From Leptospiria bacterium (GTDB lineage: Bacteria > Spirochaetota > Leptospiria > Turneriellales > CBDBES01), in assembly GCA_965204465.1 (NCBI GenBank), contig OZ241995.1, positions 1,087,839 to 1,151,838 on the forward strand: DNA of 64,000 bases. Direction: 5' to 3'. Under the pieces are notes generated by a model, which saw only the letters and a list, made by a program, of their open reading frames with translations, did not search any database and was not told the DNA's origin. How positions within the stretch are numbered: the first letter of the stretch is position 1; the number at the start of each line of letters is the position of its first letter. Of this stretch, positions 10,044-20,741 are shown piece by piece. The position numbers and the translations under genes were made by a program.

Positions 10044-10721
10044 ATGAATGAAGTTTTAAATAGTCAAAGTGCCTTATGCATAAAGCAAATAGAATTAGGG
10101 CCAATGCAAAATTTTATCTATTTTTTGATCAATAAACAAACATCAGAAGCAGTGATCGTAGACCCTGCCTGGGATGTGATCCGGATCAAAAAAATACTGG
10201 AAGAAAATGGTCTTATATTAAAAGCACTTTTGATCACTCATGTTCATGCAGACCATACAAATGGAATTGAATCTATTCTAGAAAGTTACGATATCCCTGT
10301 ATATGTTTCTAAATACGAGGCTGAATTCTATGATAAAATTTCAGAAAATATAGTGGGGGTGGGGGTAGATTTTAATTTATCATTAAAAAATATTGAAATA
10401 GAATTTTTGCATACCCCGGGGCATACTCCTGGTTCTCAATGTTTCCTGGTGCAAGGAAACCTTATCGCGGGAGACACCCTGTTTCTAAATGGATGTGGTA
10501 GATGTGATCTCCCAGGAGGTAATGCAGATGCAATGTATGATACTATATATAAAAAACTCATGAAGCTTCCAGAGGATACGATCATATACCCCGGACATAA
10601 CTATCATACATTAAAAAAAGATTCTTTGGAACAGCAAAAAAAAAATAATCCTTATATGCAATTCTCTAATTTACATGAATTTGTAAGATACAGAATGGGT
10701 GGCCAACATAAAAAGAGTTAA
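10044..10721 (+). CDS. MBL-fold metallo-hydrolase (glyoxalase II-like)
   Basis: THVHADHTNG (HxHxDH) motif, later HTPGHTPG and GHNY. Confidence 0.85.
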   Translation: MNEVLNSQSALCIKQIELGPMQNFIYFLINKQTSEAVIVDPAWDVIRIKKILEENGLILKALLITHVHADHTNGIESILESYDIPVYVSKYEAEFYDKISENIVGVGVDFNLSLKNIEIEFLHTPGHTPGSQCFLVQGNLIAGDTLFLNGCGRCDLPGGNADAMYDTIYKKLMKLPEDTIIYPGHNYHTLKKDSLEQQKKNNPYMQFSNLHEFVRYRMGGQHKKS

Positions 10722-10743
10722 TCCTCCCACCAAAGAACCTGGA

Positions 10744-11085
10744 TCAATCTTGAAATGAATCCAGAGCATCCTCTCTATTTTTAAATATCTCAAAAACAGA
10801 AGATAATTTTGTAATATCCAATAAATCATCAATTTCAGAATTGAGTCCGCATAAGCTAAATCGACCATTCATTCTCTCTACTTCCCTAAAAATATTTAAA
10901 AATATGCCTAGAACTGCAGAATTTATGTATTCCACTTTTTTCATGTCTACAATGATCTTAGGTACTTGGCTTTGGTCTATACAAGATTCAAGCTGATCGG
11001 CAATTTCAAACTCCATTCCGCTTTTAATGAGGCCTTCTATTTCTAGCACCCATGTATTATTATTTCTTCGCATTTTAATTTTCAT
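10744..11085 (-). CDS. STAS-domain anti-sigma-factor antagonist (SpoIIAA-like)
   Basis: 113 aa. VDMKKVEYINSAVLGIFLNI resembles the phosphorylatable-Ser segment of SpoIIAA/RsbV proteins. Confidence 0.75.
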   Translation of the reverse strand: MKIKMRRNNNTWVLEIEGLIKSGMEFEIADQLESCIDQSQVPKIIVDMKKVEYINSAVLGIFLNIFREVERMNGRFSLCGLNSEIDDLLDITKLSSVFEIFKNREDALDSFQD

Positions 11086-11161
11086 ATAGATATATTTTTT
11101 ATTTTCTTATTCATCTTGATTTTTGAATAAACGTTAAACTTTTGTTACCCCGTATTTCATT

Positions 11162-12427
11162 TTATTCATTTAAAAAATGACCTAATTTTTTTGCCTTTGT
11201 GGAAAGGTACTTTTTATTGTATTCATTTACCTGGGTAACTAAAGGAGTTCTACCCACAATTTCTAAGCCATATCCTTCTAGGCCTACCACTTTTCGAGGA
11301 TTATTGGTTAAAAGCTGCATCTTCTTAACTCCCAATGAAGTTAAAATTTGCGCTCCTATGCCATAGTCTCTTAGGTCAGGGGCAAAGCCTAACTTTTCAT
11401 TTGCTTCCACGGTATCTAATCCCTTATCTTGGTATGCATATGCTTTTAATTTATTTATGATCCCTATACCGCGTCCCTCCTGCCTCATATACAAAAGAAC
11501 TCCTTTCCCGTTTTCGGCAATTTGCCTAAGAGCATTTTGCAGCTGATTTCCGCAGTCACATCGAAGAGAATGGAACACATCTCCCGTAAGACATTCTGAA
11601 TGGACCCTGACCAAGGTCGTTTCTTCTGGATCAATCTTTCCTATAGTAAGAGCCAAATGGACTTTATCATCCAAATGATTTAAAAAAGCAATTGCATTGA
11701 ATTTTCCGTAGATAGTGGGCAAAAAACTCTCACCAGCTCTATATACATATCCCTTTGTACTGCGTAAATATTGAATCAGATCTTTAATGGTTACAATTTT
11801 CATATCAAATTTATGCGCTATTTTTTTTAGTTCTGGCATCCTGGCCATAGAACCATCATCTTTCATAATTTCGCATAAAACAGCGACAGGCTTTTTATTG
11901 GCAAGCCTGGCCAAGTCCAAAGAAGCTTCCGTATGCCCTGCCCTAACCAATACTCCCCCTTTATTACATTCTAAGGGGAAAATATGCCCAGGCCTAACAA
12001 AATCGCCTGCAGTCGCCTTTTCGTTTGCCAAGAGTTTGATAGTACGTGAACGGTCATAAGCCGATATTCCTGTTGTAATGTCCTTTTTGGCATCCACAGA
12101 TACAGTAAATGCGGTTCTGCGTATATCCTGATTATTTTTTACCATTGGTTCAAGATTTAGATCCCTTGCCTTTTCAGGAGTAATGGAAACGCATATTAGA
12201 CCTCTTCCATACTTAGCCATGAAATTGACCTTCTCTGGAGAAATATTTTCAGCTGCCATAGCAAAATCGCCTTCGTTTTCTCTATCTTCTGAATCTGTTA
12301 TAATGATAATATTTCCTTTTTTTATCTCTCCCACAGCTTGTTTAACAGAACGATAAGCATCCGAATCTGTTTGTTCTTTTTTCCCTCTGTTCTTCATAAA
12401 AGGCATATTTATTTTTTCCATTAACAT
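11162..12427 (-). CDS. ribBA: Bifunctional 3,4-dihydroxy-2-butanone-4-phosphate synthase / GTP cyclohydrolase II
   Basis: DRENEGDF and GHTEASLDLARLA (RibB half). RVHSECLTGDVFHSLRCDCGNQL (RibA zinc site). Confidence 0.95.
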   Translation of the reverse strand: MLMEKINMPFMKNRGKKEQTDSDAYRSVKQAVGEIKKGNIIIITDSEDRENEGDFAMAAENISPEKVNFMAKYGRGLICVSITPEKARDLNLEPMVKNNQDIRRTAFTVSVDAKKDITTGISAYDRSRTIKLLANEKATAGDFVRPGHIFPLECNKGGVLVRAGHTEASLDLARLANKKPVAVLCEIMKDDGSMARMPELKKIAHKFDMKIVTIKDLIQYLRSTKGYVYRAGESFLPTIYGKFNAIAFLNHLDDKVHLALTIGKIDPEETTLVRVHSECLTGDVFHSLRCDCGNQLQNALRQIAENGKGVLLYMRQEGRGIGIINKLKAYAYQDKGLDTVEANEKLGFAPDLRDYGIGAQILTSLGVKKMQLLTNNPRKVVGLEGYGLEIVGRTPLVTQVNEYNKKYLSTKAKKLGHFLNE

Positions 12428-12534
12428 TTTTTATATTTTTAATTTAACCTATTCAATAATTCTATTTACCTCAATACGTTCTTCTCTTATTTAAGACACT
12501 CTGTAAATTTTATTTTCTTTAATATTTAAATTTT

Positions 12535-13389
12535 TTAAGAATGATCTAACAATCCTGCATAACCTTTTTTGTAAGTTGGGTACTTGAAATGAAATCCAGA
12601 AGATACGATTCGATCATTCCTGCACCTTTTATTTCCACTTCTGATACTCTTTATCGGATAATTTACATAACGATCAGGGCTAATTTTAAATTTTATGTTC
12701 GACGCTATCCATTCCAAGACTAATTTTATTTCCTCAGGGGCATGGTCTACCCCAATGTAAAGCGCTTGTGGATCTGTCAATTCTATAATATGCTTGATCA
12801 TCAAAGCAGAATCTTCAACATGAATACGATTCACATACCTGGGATATCTATCGCTGATCTTAATTTTATTATCCTTGACCCGCTGAATTAATGTATTCCT
12901 GCCAAGGCCATAGATACCGCCCAAACGAATAACAGTAGAATTAGATAATTTAGAATATAGTAAGGACTCTGCCTTCAGGAGTATCTTTCCCCCAAATGTT
13001 GTCGGATTTGTCTCGGAATTTTCATCAACCCATTCCCCTGTTGTTTGCCCATATACGGAAGTACTTGAAATATATATAAACCTCTTAATATTAGAAGTAT
13101 CTAAAACTTTTAATAAATTCAATAGTCCATCTATATAAACTTTTCTATATGCATCTTCTTCGTAATGATCAGGGGAAGGGCAATATAAAACAAATTCTGG
13201 TTTTTCCTTTTTTAGTTTTAAAGTAGAAATATCATTTAAGTCTGCTTGAAAAGGAACAAGGTTCTTATATTTTTGCTCCTCTTTGGATCTTCGGATGGAG
13301 GTGACCATATACTTATCTTGAGGAAGAGTCTGATAAAAATATTTGGCAACATATCCAAAACCAACAATCAAGACTCTTTGCATTGGCAA
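12535..13389 (-). CDS. NAD(P)-dependent epimerase/dehydratase-family (SDR) protein
   Basis: N-terminal VLIVGFGYVAKYF Rossmann turn and YISSTSVYG motif. Confidence 0.7.
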   Translation of the reverse strand: MPMQRVLIVGFGYVAKYFYQTLPQDKYMVTSIRRSKEEQKYKNLVPFQADLNDISTLKLKKEKPEFVLYCPSPDHYEEDAYRKVYIDGLLNLLKVLDTSNIKRFIYISSTSVYGQTTGEWVDENSETNPTTFGGKILLKAESLLYSKLSNSTVIRLGGIYGLGRNTLIQRVKDNKIKISDRYPRYVNRIHVEDSALMIKHIIELTDPQALYIGVDHAPEEIKLVLEWIASNIKFKISPDRYVNYPIKSIRSGNKRCRNDRIVSSGFHFKYPTYKKGYAGLLDHS

Positions 13390-13474
13390 CCTTCTTTTAA
13401 TATATGATCGTAATGTTTCACTTGAGCAATGGGAAATTTATTTAAGTAAACGACAATAAAATAATTAAATATTG

Positions 13475-14218
13475 CTAGAGTGTGAGTTTCAAATTCTGGA
13501 ATTTAATTTCAAGATAATCATTGCTTTGATCGTCTTTAATGATCACAAATTTTGGAAAGATTCTCTTCTGGAAATCAAAATATTCTATTATCTGACAAAC
13601 TAATATTTTTTTCGTTTTTTTATTGCGTAATAAATATCGCCTCAATTCTCCGTCCTGAAAATCTGCAATTACATCATGGGAAGACATATCGACTATGAAT
13701 TTTTGGCTTTTTTGTAAATATTTTCCACCCTTTTTAAAAATAAAATCGGGGATAAACCCTTGTATGATTGATAGAAAAAAATGCTTAGGTATCTGATGTC
13801 CTAGAATATCAAACTTATGTTGATGGGATAGCTTATATTCTTTACCTTCCAGATGATCTTTAAGAATACTGATTTTCTTGCCAGTCTGTGCGGAAAGAGA
13901 AAAAATGGAAGACTTTAGAATTGGTTCCTGTACATTGACCGTTATTTTATAAGCATTCTCTTGAGAGGGATAGATCCTGGAAGAAATTATAGATCCTATA
14001 TAAGAAAACTCGGTTTTTTTACTTTCTCCTTTCAATATAAAATAAACATATAACTTTTTATAGGGGAAATAAATTTTTTTAGTTTCTGATATTAGCTTTT
14101 CTTTAGAGAGAAATTGAACTGGTTCACGCACATTAACATCAACCGTTTTGCATGAAGTAACAACGATAACACAAAATACGATCAAATAAATTCGTGAATT
14201 CTGTTGAACTCTTTTCAT
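13475..14218 (-). CDS. Hypothetical lipoprotein
   Basis: Signal peptide ending in a lipobox-like VVTSC. No recognisable catalytic motif. Confidence 0.5.
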   Translation of the reverse strand: MKRVQQNSRIYLIVFCVIVVTSCKTVDVNVREPVQFLSKEKLISETKKIYFPYKKLYVYFILKGESKKTEFSYIGSIISSRIYPSQENAYKITVNVQEPILKSSIFSLSAQTGKKISILKDHLEGKEYKLSHQHKFDILGHQIPKHFFLSIIQGFIPDFIFKKGGKYLQKSQKFIVDMSSHDVIADFQDGELRRYLLRNKKTKKILVCQIIEYFDFQKRIFPKFVIIKDDQSNDYLEIKFQNLKLTL

Positions 14219-14223
14219 TACTT

Positions 14224-16323
14224 CTATTGTCCTTTAATTTTTTTCATCTTTTTTAAAATATAATCCTCATCTAAAGTTTCAGAAGCTTCTGATATTCTTT
14301 CTATTGTTTTTTGGAAATAAATATATGCCATGAAAAATCGGTTTAAACTATAATAAGTTTCAGCAAGATGGAAATAAATTACCGGATCCACGTTATTATT
14401 TTTTTTAGCATTATTAACAGCCATCAATAACTTTTGCAGGGCAGTATTATAATCTTTTTTTTTATATAATAACCAGCCTAAAGAATCCAGATAGGCTTCA
14501 TTCCCTGGGTCTTGTTCAAGTGCTTTCGTCAGCAACTGATCTGCTTCATCTAGTTTATCACCTCTCAGGGAATACATATAGCCAAGATAATTTAAGTAAA
14601 ATGCATTATCTGGCTCTAATTCAATTGCCTTTTTAAAATTTTTTTCTGCTTCTTCAAAATTATTGTTTTTCTCAAAGCTTATTCCAAGGTGAAAATAGTA
14701 ATTTGATGGCACCTCCTCTTCTGAAAGGATATCAATAGCTTTTTGAATATATTTGATCGACAGATCATAATTTTCTGGTTTTTTTTCTCCCAATTTATAA
14801 TATACTACACCCAGTAGAAAAGAAGCTCTGGAATTTTGCGGTAAAATCTGAATAGATTCTTTAAGACCTTGAATGGCTTCTTTATATTTCTTGAAATGAT
14901 CCGACTGTAATATCCAGCTAGTACTCAATTTGAGCTGATATTCCCTTTGTATGATGTCTTTTATTTTATTGTCGATGACACTTCTTTTTTTATCATCATT
15001 CAGAGAAGCGGCCTGATGCTCATACCATTCTTTTAATTGCAACGTATACCTTAATGCTTCTTTATAATATACCAAAGATTTTTTTAAATACTTCTTTTTT
15101 TCTATTGTATATGCATGGTTAGCATAAACATTCAAAAATTGCTCGGCTAATTTTTCTATTTCTTCGCTGATATGGTCCGACTCATTTATTTTATTTAAAA
15201 AAAATCTTTTCTGAAAATCTATTTTAGTATTCCTGTCGGATAAGATATTCAATATCAGATTTGCATGATCCTGTGCAACCGCAAGAGCATTCAATCTATG
15301 AGATAAAAAAATGACTTTGGATGCTTCTTCCATCATGGCATCGAATTTTTTTGCCTTCTTATAAATTCTTACTAAACCAATCCTGGCAGCCAAAGAATTA
15401 GGTTTTTCCTTTAAAACCTGTAAGAATAATTTTTCAGCTTTTTCTAATTTATCATCTAGTTCAAAAAATATCCCTTCTATAATAGAAAAATTAACTGGAT
15501 ATTCTTCTATAAAGTTTTTAGCCATTGACCTTGTTTGGAAATTCTTCAATATATAATAATTTGTTATGATGGATTCTAAGGCCGATCTATAATCCGGTTT
15601 TATTTCAAGGGCTTGCCTTAGCAATTGATTCGATTTCTCAAATTTCCCTTTTATTTTGTACAATTCACCTAAGATAAATAGGGTTCTTAAATTATTCTTA
15701 TTTAAAGGAAGCATTTTCTCATAATAAGAAATTGCTTTTTCATAGAGCCCCTGTTTATAATAATGATTTGCCAAATTATTATAGGCCAGGTAGATATAAT
15801 GTTGATTACCTGTATTTTCAGAAGCAACTGATAGCCTTCTGTAATAGACTATTGCTTTTTTAACATTTTTTTCAGCCTGATAAATTCGGGCTAAAGAAAA
15901 TAAGGCATCTTCATGAAAAGGCTTTTTTTTTAGTATTCTATAGTATAGTTCCTTCGCTTTGGTTAGATCTCTTTCATCTATATAAATGTCCGCCAGAATT
16001 TCAAGGGATTCATCATCATCTTTGCTTAAAAGGATGGCTTGGTGCAGATATTCTTTTGCCTTTGGTATATCTTGATCATCCAGAGAAATGATTGCCAAAT
16101 ATCGCAATGGAACAGAATGGGGCCTATGCGTTTTGATATATTGTTTAAAAAATTTTGCGGCATTACTAAGATCACCTGCATAAAAAAATTGAAAGGCCTT
16201 ACCTAAAATAAGGCTGTCTGTTTTTTGCTTTTCTGCACTGTATATTGTGCTACCATAAAATAAGAAAAAAATCGAAAAAAGAAGACTTATTCCTTTAGGG
16301 ATCATAAATGTAACCAATAACAA
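14224..16323 (-). CDS. Tetratricopeptide (TPR) repeat protein with N-terminal signal/anchor
   Basis: 699 aa with many 34-aa A..Y..A...P-type repeats, e.g. AEKNFKKAIELEPDNAFYLNYLGYMY. Confidence 0.85.
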   Translation of the reverse strand: MLLVTFMIPKGISLLFSIFFLFYGSTIYSAEKQKTDSLILGKAFQFFYAGDLSNAAKFFKQYIKTHRPHSVPLRYLAIISLDDQDIPKAKEYLHQAILLSKDDDESLEILADIYIDERDLTKAKELYYRILKKKPFHEDALFSLARIYQAEKNVKKAIVYYRRLSVASENTGNQHYIYLAYNNLANHYYKQGLYEKAISYYEKMLPLNKNNLRTLFILGELYKIKGKFEKSNQLLRQALEIKPDYRSALESIITNYYILKNFQTRSMAKNFIEEYPVNFSIIEGIFFELDDKLEKAEKLFLQVLKEKPNSLAARIGLVRIYKKAKKFDAMMEEASKVIFLSHRLNALAVAQDHANLILNILSDRNTKIDFQKRFFLNKINESDHISEEIEKLAEQFLNVYANHAYTIEKKKYLKKSLVYYKEALRYTLQLKEWYEHQAASLNDDKKRSVIDNKIKDIIQREYQLKLSTSWILQSDHFKKYKEAIQGLKESIQILPQNSRASFLLGVVYYKLGEKKPENYDLSIKYIQKAIDILSEEEVPSNYYFHLGISFEKNNNFEEAEKNFKKAIELEPDNAFYLNYLGYMYSLRGDKLDEADQLLTKALEQDPGNEAYLDSLGWLLYKKKDYNTALQKLLMAVNNAKKNNNVDPVIYFHLAETYYSLNRFFMAYIYFQKTIERISEASETLDEDYILKKMKKIKGQ

Positions 16324-16464
16324 ATAATAGTAAAATTTGACTCTAAATAACAGGCTCTTCTTACAATAAATTTAAATGGATGGTGGTGTATACTTATTTT
16401 TTGCCTTCTACTTTTAGATCAGTTCTATATAAAAATTATAGCTTTGCATGATCAGTTCTATTTA

Positions 16465-16493
16465 TTGACTTCTAAGTTTAAAATCATTATATA
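16465..16493 (+). promoter_or_regulatory. Candidate sigma70-type promoter of the UDG-family gene
   Basis: TTGACT (16465-16470), 17-nt spacer, TATATA (16488-16493). AAGGA lies 6 nt before the TTG start at 16512. A 12-bp direct repeat GATCAGTTCTAT occurs twice just upstream. Confidence 0.45.
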
Positions 16494-16511
16494 CATAAGT
16501 AAGGATACTCA

Positions 16512-17141
16512 TTGAAAAATCACATACAGAAATTATCTTCCTGTAAAAAATGTAGTGATATGCAAGGGCCTCCTATAATTGGATGTGTATTGCATAAAAG
16601 CATGGTAATGAGTGTTGGCCAGGCACCTGGAATACATGAAGCAAAATATATGAAGCCTTTCTCCTATACTGCCGGGAAAACTTTATTTAAATGGTTTGCA
16701 AGCATTCAAATTAAAGAAGAAGATTTTAGAAAAAAAGTACAAATGTCCGCAGTATGCCGTTGTTTTCCAGGCAAAATGAAATCGGGTGATCGTAAGCCTT
16801 CTAAAGCAGAAGTCCATAATTGTGAACCATTTCTTAAATTTGAGATAAAGTATCACAAGCCAGAACTAGTGATTCCCATTGGTAAACTGGCCATAGAGCA
16901 ATTTTTGACCGATAAAAATTATAAATTGGTAGAATTGGTCGGCCAGACCAAAAGAGTCGAAAAATATGGTCTTAAATTTGACTGTATATGCCTTCCCCAT
17001 CCTTCTGGAATAAATGTATGGAATCAAACCAAAATAGGTAAAAGACTGATCCATAAGGCATTAAAGAATATACAAAAACATCCTGCCATAAGACATCTTT
17101 TTTTTGATGATGGAGGGTTTCATGGAAAGAATTTTCATTGA
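16512..17141 (+). CDS. Uracil-DNA glycosylase superfamily protein
   Basis: GQAPG..E motif (VGQAPGIHEA) and the late HPSG motif. TTG start. Confidence 0.7.
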   Translation: MKNHIQKLSSCKKCSDMQGPPIIGCVLHKSMVMSVGQAPGIHEAKYMKPFSYTAGKTLFKWFASIQIKEEDFRKKVQMSAVCRCFPGKMKSGDRKPSKAEVHNCEPFLKFEIKYHKPELVIPIGKLAIEQFLTDKNYKLVELVGQTKRVEKYGLKFDCICLPHPSGINVWNQTKIGKRLIHKALKNIQKHPAIRHLFFDDGGFHGKNFH

Positions 17142-17232
17142 TTTGTATGAATTTCATCCGCATAAGTGAATATATCGTTAATGTTCAGGTTTATTCGGCA
17201 GTCCTGAAGAACGATCCGGATGTTTTTTGAAA

Positions 17233-20200
17233 CTATGCAGTTTCTTCCATTCCTTGAAGGATTATTTTTTGCAATAGCTTCTTCAGAGGAGGCAATATAG
17301 AATCTCCTTTAGAATCCTCAGGATAAAAGTAAATATTCTGGGGTCTATTGGGATCTAACTTAAATTGAGGGTCTGTCTGAACAAGATCATGGATCGTCTT
17401 AGCCGAGATTTGAGTTTCTGAAGAAGCACTTAATATAAAACATCCAGATTCCCATTTAATCTGATCCAGCCTAAGTTGATTACCTAATATGCGTATTTCT
17501 TCGTAATGGATCATTTTCATCAATAGATCAGGAAGTTTACCAAAACGATCCAATAATTGTTCTTCTACCTCAGCAATATTCTGCAGAGTATTGGCGGAAA
17601 CTAATTTTTTATAAAATTCCATCTTTTGGCGAGTGTCAGGGATAAAATCATCCAGAATATAAAAATCCTGGGGGATGATGACCGAACAGCCAAAAAATTC
17701 CTTCTCTTTATGGCGAAGACTATGGATTTTTTCCTGAAGCATTTGAATATACAATTCAAATCCAATGGCCATTATATCGCCACTTTGTTCTTTCCCTAAA
17801 ATATTACCAGCACCTCTTATTTCAAGGTCTTTCATGGCTATTTTAAATCCTGATCCCAGCTCATTATATTCTTCTAAAGTATTGAGTCTTTTTTGGGCCA
17901 CCTCAGTAATGGAAGCTCTATCCGGATAGAATAAATATGCATAGGCCTGCCTATCTGATCTACCTACCCTACCCTTTAATTGGTACAATTGGCTAAGTCC
18001 AAATGTATGGGAATTCATCACGATCAATGTATTTACATTTGCTATATCAATGCCAGACTCTATAATGGTGGTACAGACCAAAATATCATATTCATAATTC
18101 AGAAAACCAAGCATGGTCATTTCTACATCTTGTTCATTCATTTTGGCATGTAAAATGGCAATTCTTGCTCTAGGGAAGGATCTTTGGATGCTACTGGCCT
18201 GCACCTCTATCGTTTTGATCTTGTTTTGCAAAATATATATCTGTCCATTCCTATTGAGTTCTTTTTCAATGGCTTGATCTAATATCTCTTGATTATATGC
18301 CAGTACAAATGTCTCAATGCTGCGCCTGTTGCGAGGGGGAGTTTTGATCAGGCTAAGGTCACGTATATTTACCAGAGAAAGTTGCAATGTTCTGGGGATA
18401 GGAGTGGCAGTCATCGTGATAGTATCTATATTGGCTCTCATTTTCTTGATACTTTCTTTATGCACCACTCCAAATTTCTGTTCTTCATCCACAACCAGTA
18501 ATCCAAAATTTTTAAAAGAGATATTTTTAGACAAAAGAGAATGAGTACCAATGATAATATCCAATGAGCCATTTTCTAATTTTTGTAGAATTTCTTTTTT
18601 CTCGCTAGAGCTTCTAAAACGAGAAATATAATCAATGGATACAGGGTAATTATGAAATCTTTTTTTAAATGTATGGAAATGCTGAAAAGCAAGGATCGTG
18701 GTGGGGCATAAAAGTGCCACTTGTTTTCCTGCCATTACCGCCTTAAAGGAAGCTCTCATGGCGACTTCTGTTTTGCCATAGCCAACGTCTCCACAGATAA
18801 GGCGATCCATTGGCCTGGCAGATTGCATATCTTTTTTAATGTCGTTAATGGCATTGATCTGGTCATCTGTTTCTTCATGTTCAAAATTAGCTTCATATTC
18901 TTCTTGAAAAGGACTATCTGGAGGATAGATGATCCCCTTGGATTTTTCTCTTTTGGCATATAAATCTAATAACTCCTGGGCCAATTTTTCAATGGATTCC
19001 TGGGCTCTTTTTTTCGTTCTTCTCCAGGAAGATCTTTTGCCTAAATGATCCAGATCTGGATCCTCTGTAGAACCAATATAACGATGTACTAAATTGATCT
19101 GTTCTACTGGAACGTATAATTTATCCTGGCCCGCATAGGCGACCTCCAGAAAGTCTTTCTCATAGCCCCCTACCTGCATTCTGATCAGATTTATAAAGCG
19201 CCCTATACCATGATTTACATGGACTACATAGTCCCCTTCCTTTAGATCAATAAAACTTTCTATAATTTGTGTTTGATCTTTAGAAATGGCCTGCCTTTTT
19301 ACCCTTTTACCAAAAATTTCTTTTTCTGTGAGTAATATTCCATTCTTCCAGCTAAAACCAGTTTTTATTCCCAAAGATAGGAAAAAATATTGAAATTGAA
19401 TATCTTCCTGATACGCGGATAAAATATGCTGTATCCTTTCTCTTTGAGAATTTGTAGAAGGGCAGATGAATACATCCATTTGCTTAAAATTAAGATTCAT
19501 TTCTTTTACCAGATCAGATACCCTACCCCTATATAAAGGCGCTTCTTTAAACTTTGCCGAAATATGGTCTATGGATTCAGAAATAGGTAATATTTCATGC
19601 GCATTCTTTAAATGTTTTTCAATTACTTCATCCGACCAAAAAAGTTCTTCTGGCGTTAAATGAAATTTCCCTTTGCTTTTTTTAAAAAGGAAAGAATGTT
19701 CTTCCCTGATCGATCTAAGCCTCTTTAGAATAGAAAAAGAATCCTGCAATAAAATAACGGGGGGGGTATCATAATAACTAAAAATACTACTCACTTCCGT
19801 TACACTTGGATAGACATCCCAGAAACCCCTTATTTCATTCATTCTTTGGGTATCCGATTCTTCTCTAAGGAAAGGGGGAATATTCTCAGAATATCCAGAT
19901 GGATCCTCCGCAGATCGTTGGGCAATAAATTCTTGAAATTTTTTGGAGGAACGGATACTTGATATCATTTTTTCTTCAAATAATATATCTCTACGGGGGA
20001 ATATATTTATCTTCTCTACTTTTTCAATGGAAGACTGGGATAGAGGGTCGAAAAAACGGATGGATTCTATCTGATCACCTAAAAAGTCAATTCTGATCGG
20101 ATTAAAATAACCAGGACAAAATATGTCTATTAGGCTTCCTTTGATGCAGAATTCGCCTTGTTTTTCCAGGGGCATTGCTCTTTCATAACCATACTGGATA

Positions 20201-20733
20201 AGATATTCTTGTAATTTGCCCATAGAGGCATTTTCTCCTATTCTAAGACTCATCTTGCTATTCCGATAATTTTTTAGAGAAGGTGTCTTGATCAACAAAG
20301 CATCTATGGAAGTTATAAGTGCAATGGGGTTATCATGTTCCAAAAGAAGGCTAAGGGTTCGACTACGCATGCCTTCTCTAAATGGTTCAGGTTTACTATA
20401 ATTGAAATGAGGCATACCCCATGTAGGAAATATACAAAGTATTTGATCCGGTTTATTTTCTGCGGATACAGTATAAAATAACTCTAATTCTTCATAAACT
20501 TGTTTAGCCTCTCTTTCGGTGGCTAAAATGATCATCCAATCTTTTTTAGGATTCTTTTTTAATATCTGACAAAATATGAAAGTAGAAAAAGAAGAGAAAG
20601 GAACTCCGGTTATTTTTAAAGGTTCAGAATAAAAGTCAGAGTATTCAATACCATTCAGATGAACCCCTAAAGAATCCATTAATTTTAGAAAATGATTTTC
20701 TGAATGAACCTGAGGATCTGGATCTAAAGACAT
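17233..20733 (-). CDS. mfd: Transcription-repair coupling factor
   Basis: 1166 aa. GDYVVHVNHGIGRF (CarD-like domain), GDVGYGKTEVAMRA Walker A, VVDEEQKFGV (DEEQ box), and a TRCF C-terminal domain. Confidence 0.95.
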   Translation of the reverse strand: MSLDPDPQVHSENHFLKLMDSLGVHLNGIEYSDFYSEPLKITGVPFSSFSTFIFCQILKKNPKKDWMIILATEREAKQVYEELELFYTVSAENKPDQILCIFPTWGMPHFNYSKPEPFREGMRSRTLSLLLEHDNPIALITSIDALLIKTPSLKNYRNSKMSLRIGENASMGKLQEYLIQYGYERAMPLEKQGEFCIKGSLIDIFCPGYFNPIRIDFLGDQIESIRFFDPLSQSSIEKVEKINIFPRRDILFEEKMISSIRSSKKFQEFIAQRSAEDPSGYSENIPPFLREESDTQRMNEIRGFWDVYPSVTEVSSIFSYYDTPPVILLQDSFSILKRLRSIREEHSFLFKKSKGKFHLTPEELFWSDEVIEKHLKNAHEILPISESIDHISAKFKEAPLYRGRVSDLVKEMNLNFKQMDVFICPSTNSQRERIQHILSAYQEDIQFQYFFLSLGIKTGFSWKNGILLTEKEIFGKRVKRQAISKDQTQIIESFIDLKEGDYVVHVNHGIGRFINLIRMQVGGYEKDFLEVAYAGQDKLYVPVEQINLVHRYIGSTEDPDLDHLGKRSSWRRTKKRAQESIEKLAQELLDLYAKREKSKGIIYPPDSPFQEEYEANFEHEETDDQINAINDIKKDMQSARPMDRLICGDVGYGKTEVAMRASFKAVMAGKQVALLCPTTILAFQHFHTFKKRFHNYPVSIDYISRFRSSSEKKEILQKLENGSLDIIIGTHSLLSKNISFKNFGLLVVDEEQKFGVVHKESIKKMRANIDTITMTATPIPRTLQLSLVNIRDLSLIKTPPRNRRSIETFVLAYNQEILDQAIEKELNRNGQIYILQNKIKTIEVQASSIQRSFPRARIAILHAKMNEQDVEMTMLGFLNYEYDILVCTTIIESGIDIANVNTLIVMNSHTFGLSQLYQLKGRVGRSDRQAYAYLFYPDRASITEVAQKRLNTLEEYNELGSGFKIAMKDLEIRGAGNILGKEQSGDIMAIGFELYIQMLQEKIHSLRHKEKEFFGCSVIIPQDFYILDDFIPDTRQKMEFYKKLVSANTLQNIAEVEEQLLDRFGKLPDLLMKMIHYEEIRILGNQLRLDQIKWESGCFILSASSETQISAKTIHDLVQTDPQFKLDPNRPQNIYFYPEDSKGDSILPPLKKLLQKIILQGMEETA

Positions 20734-20741
20734 CTTTTAAG

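Noticed and set aside
18289-18963. Antisense ORFs inside mfd (18289..18501, 18317..18544, 18721..18963 and 19466..19663), and similar ones inside fapA, secY, rpoA, the S8 protease and others
   Set aside because: They are fully nested within strongly supported genes on the opposite strand or in alternative frames. They have no motifs, which is typical of spurious ORFs.
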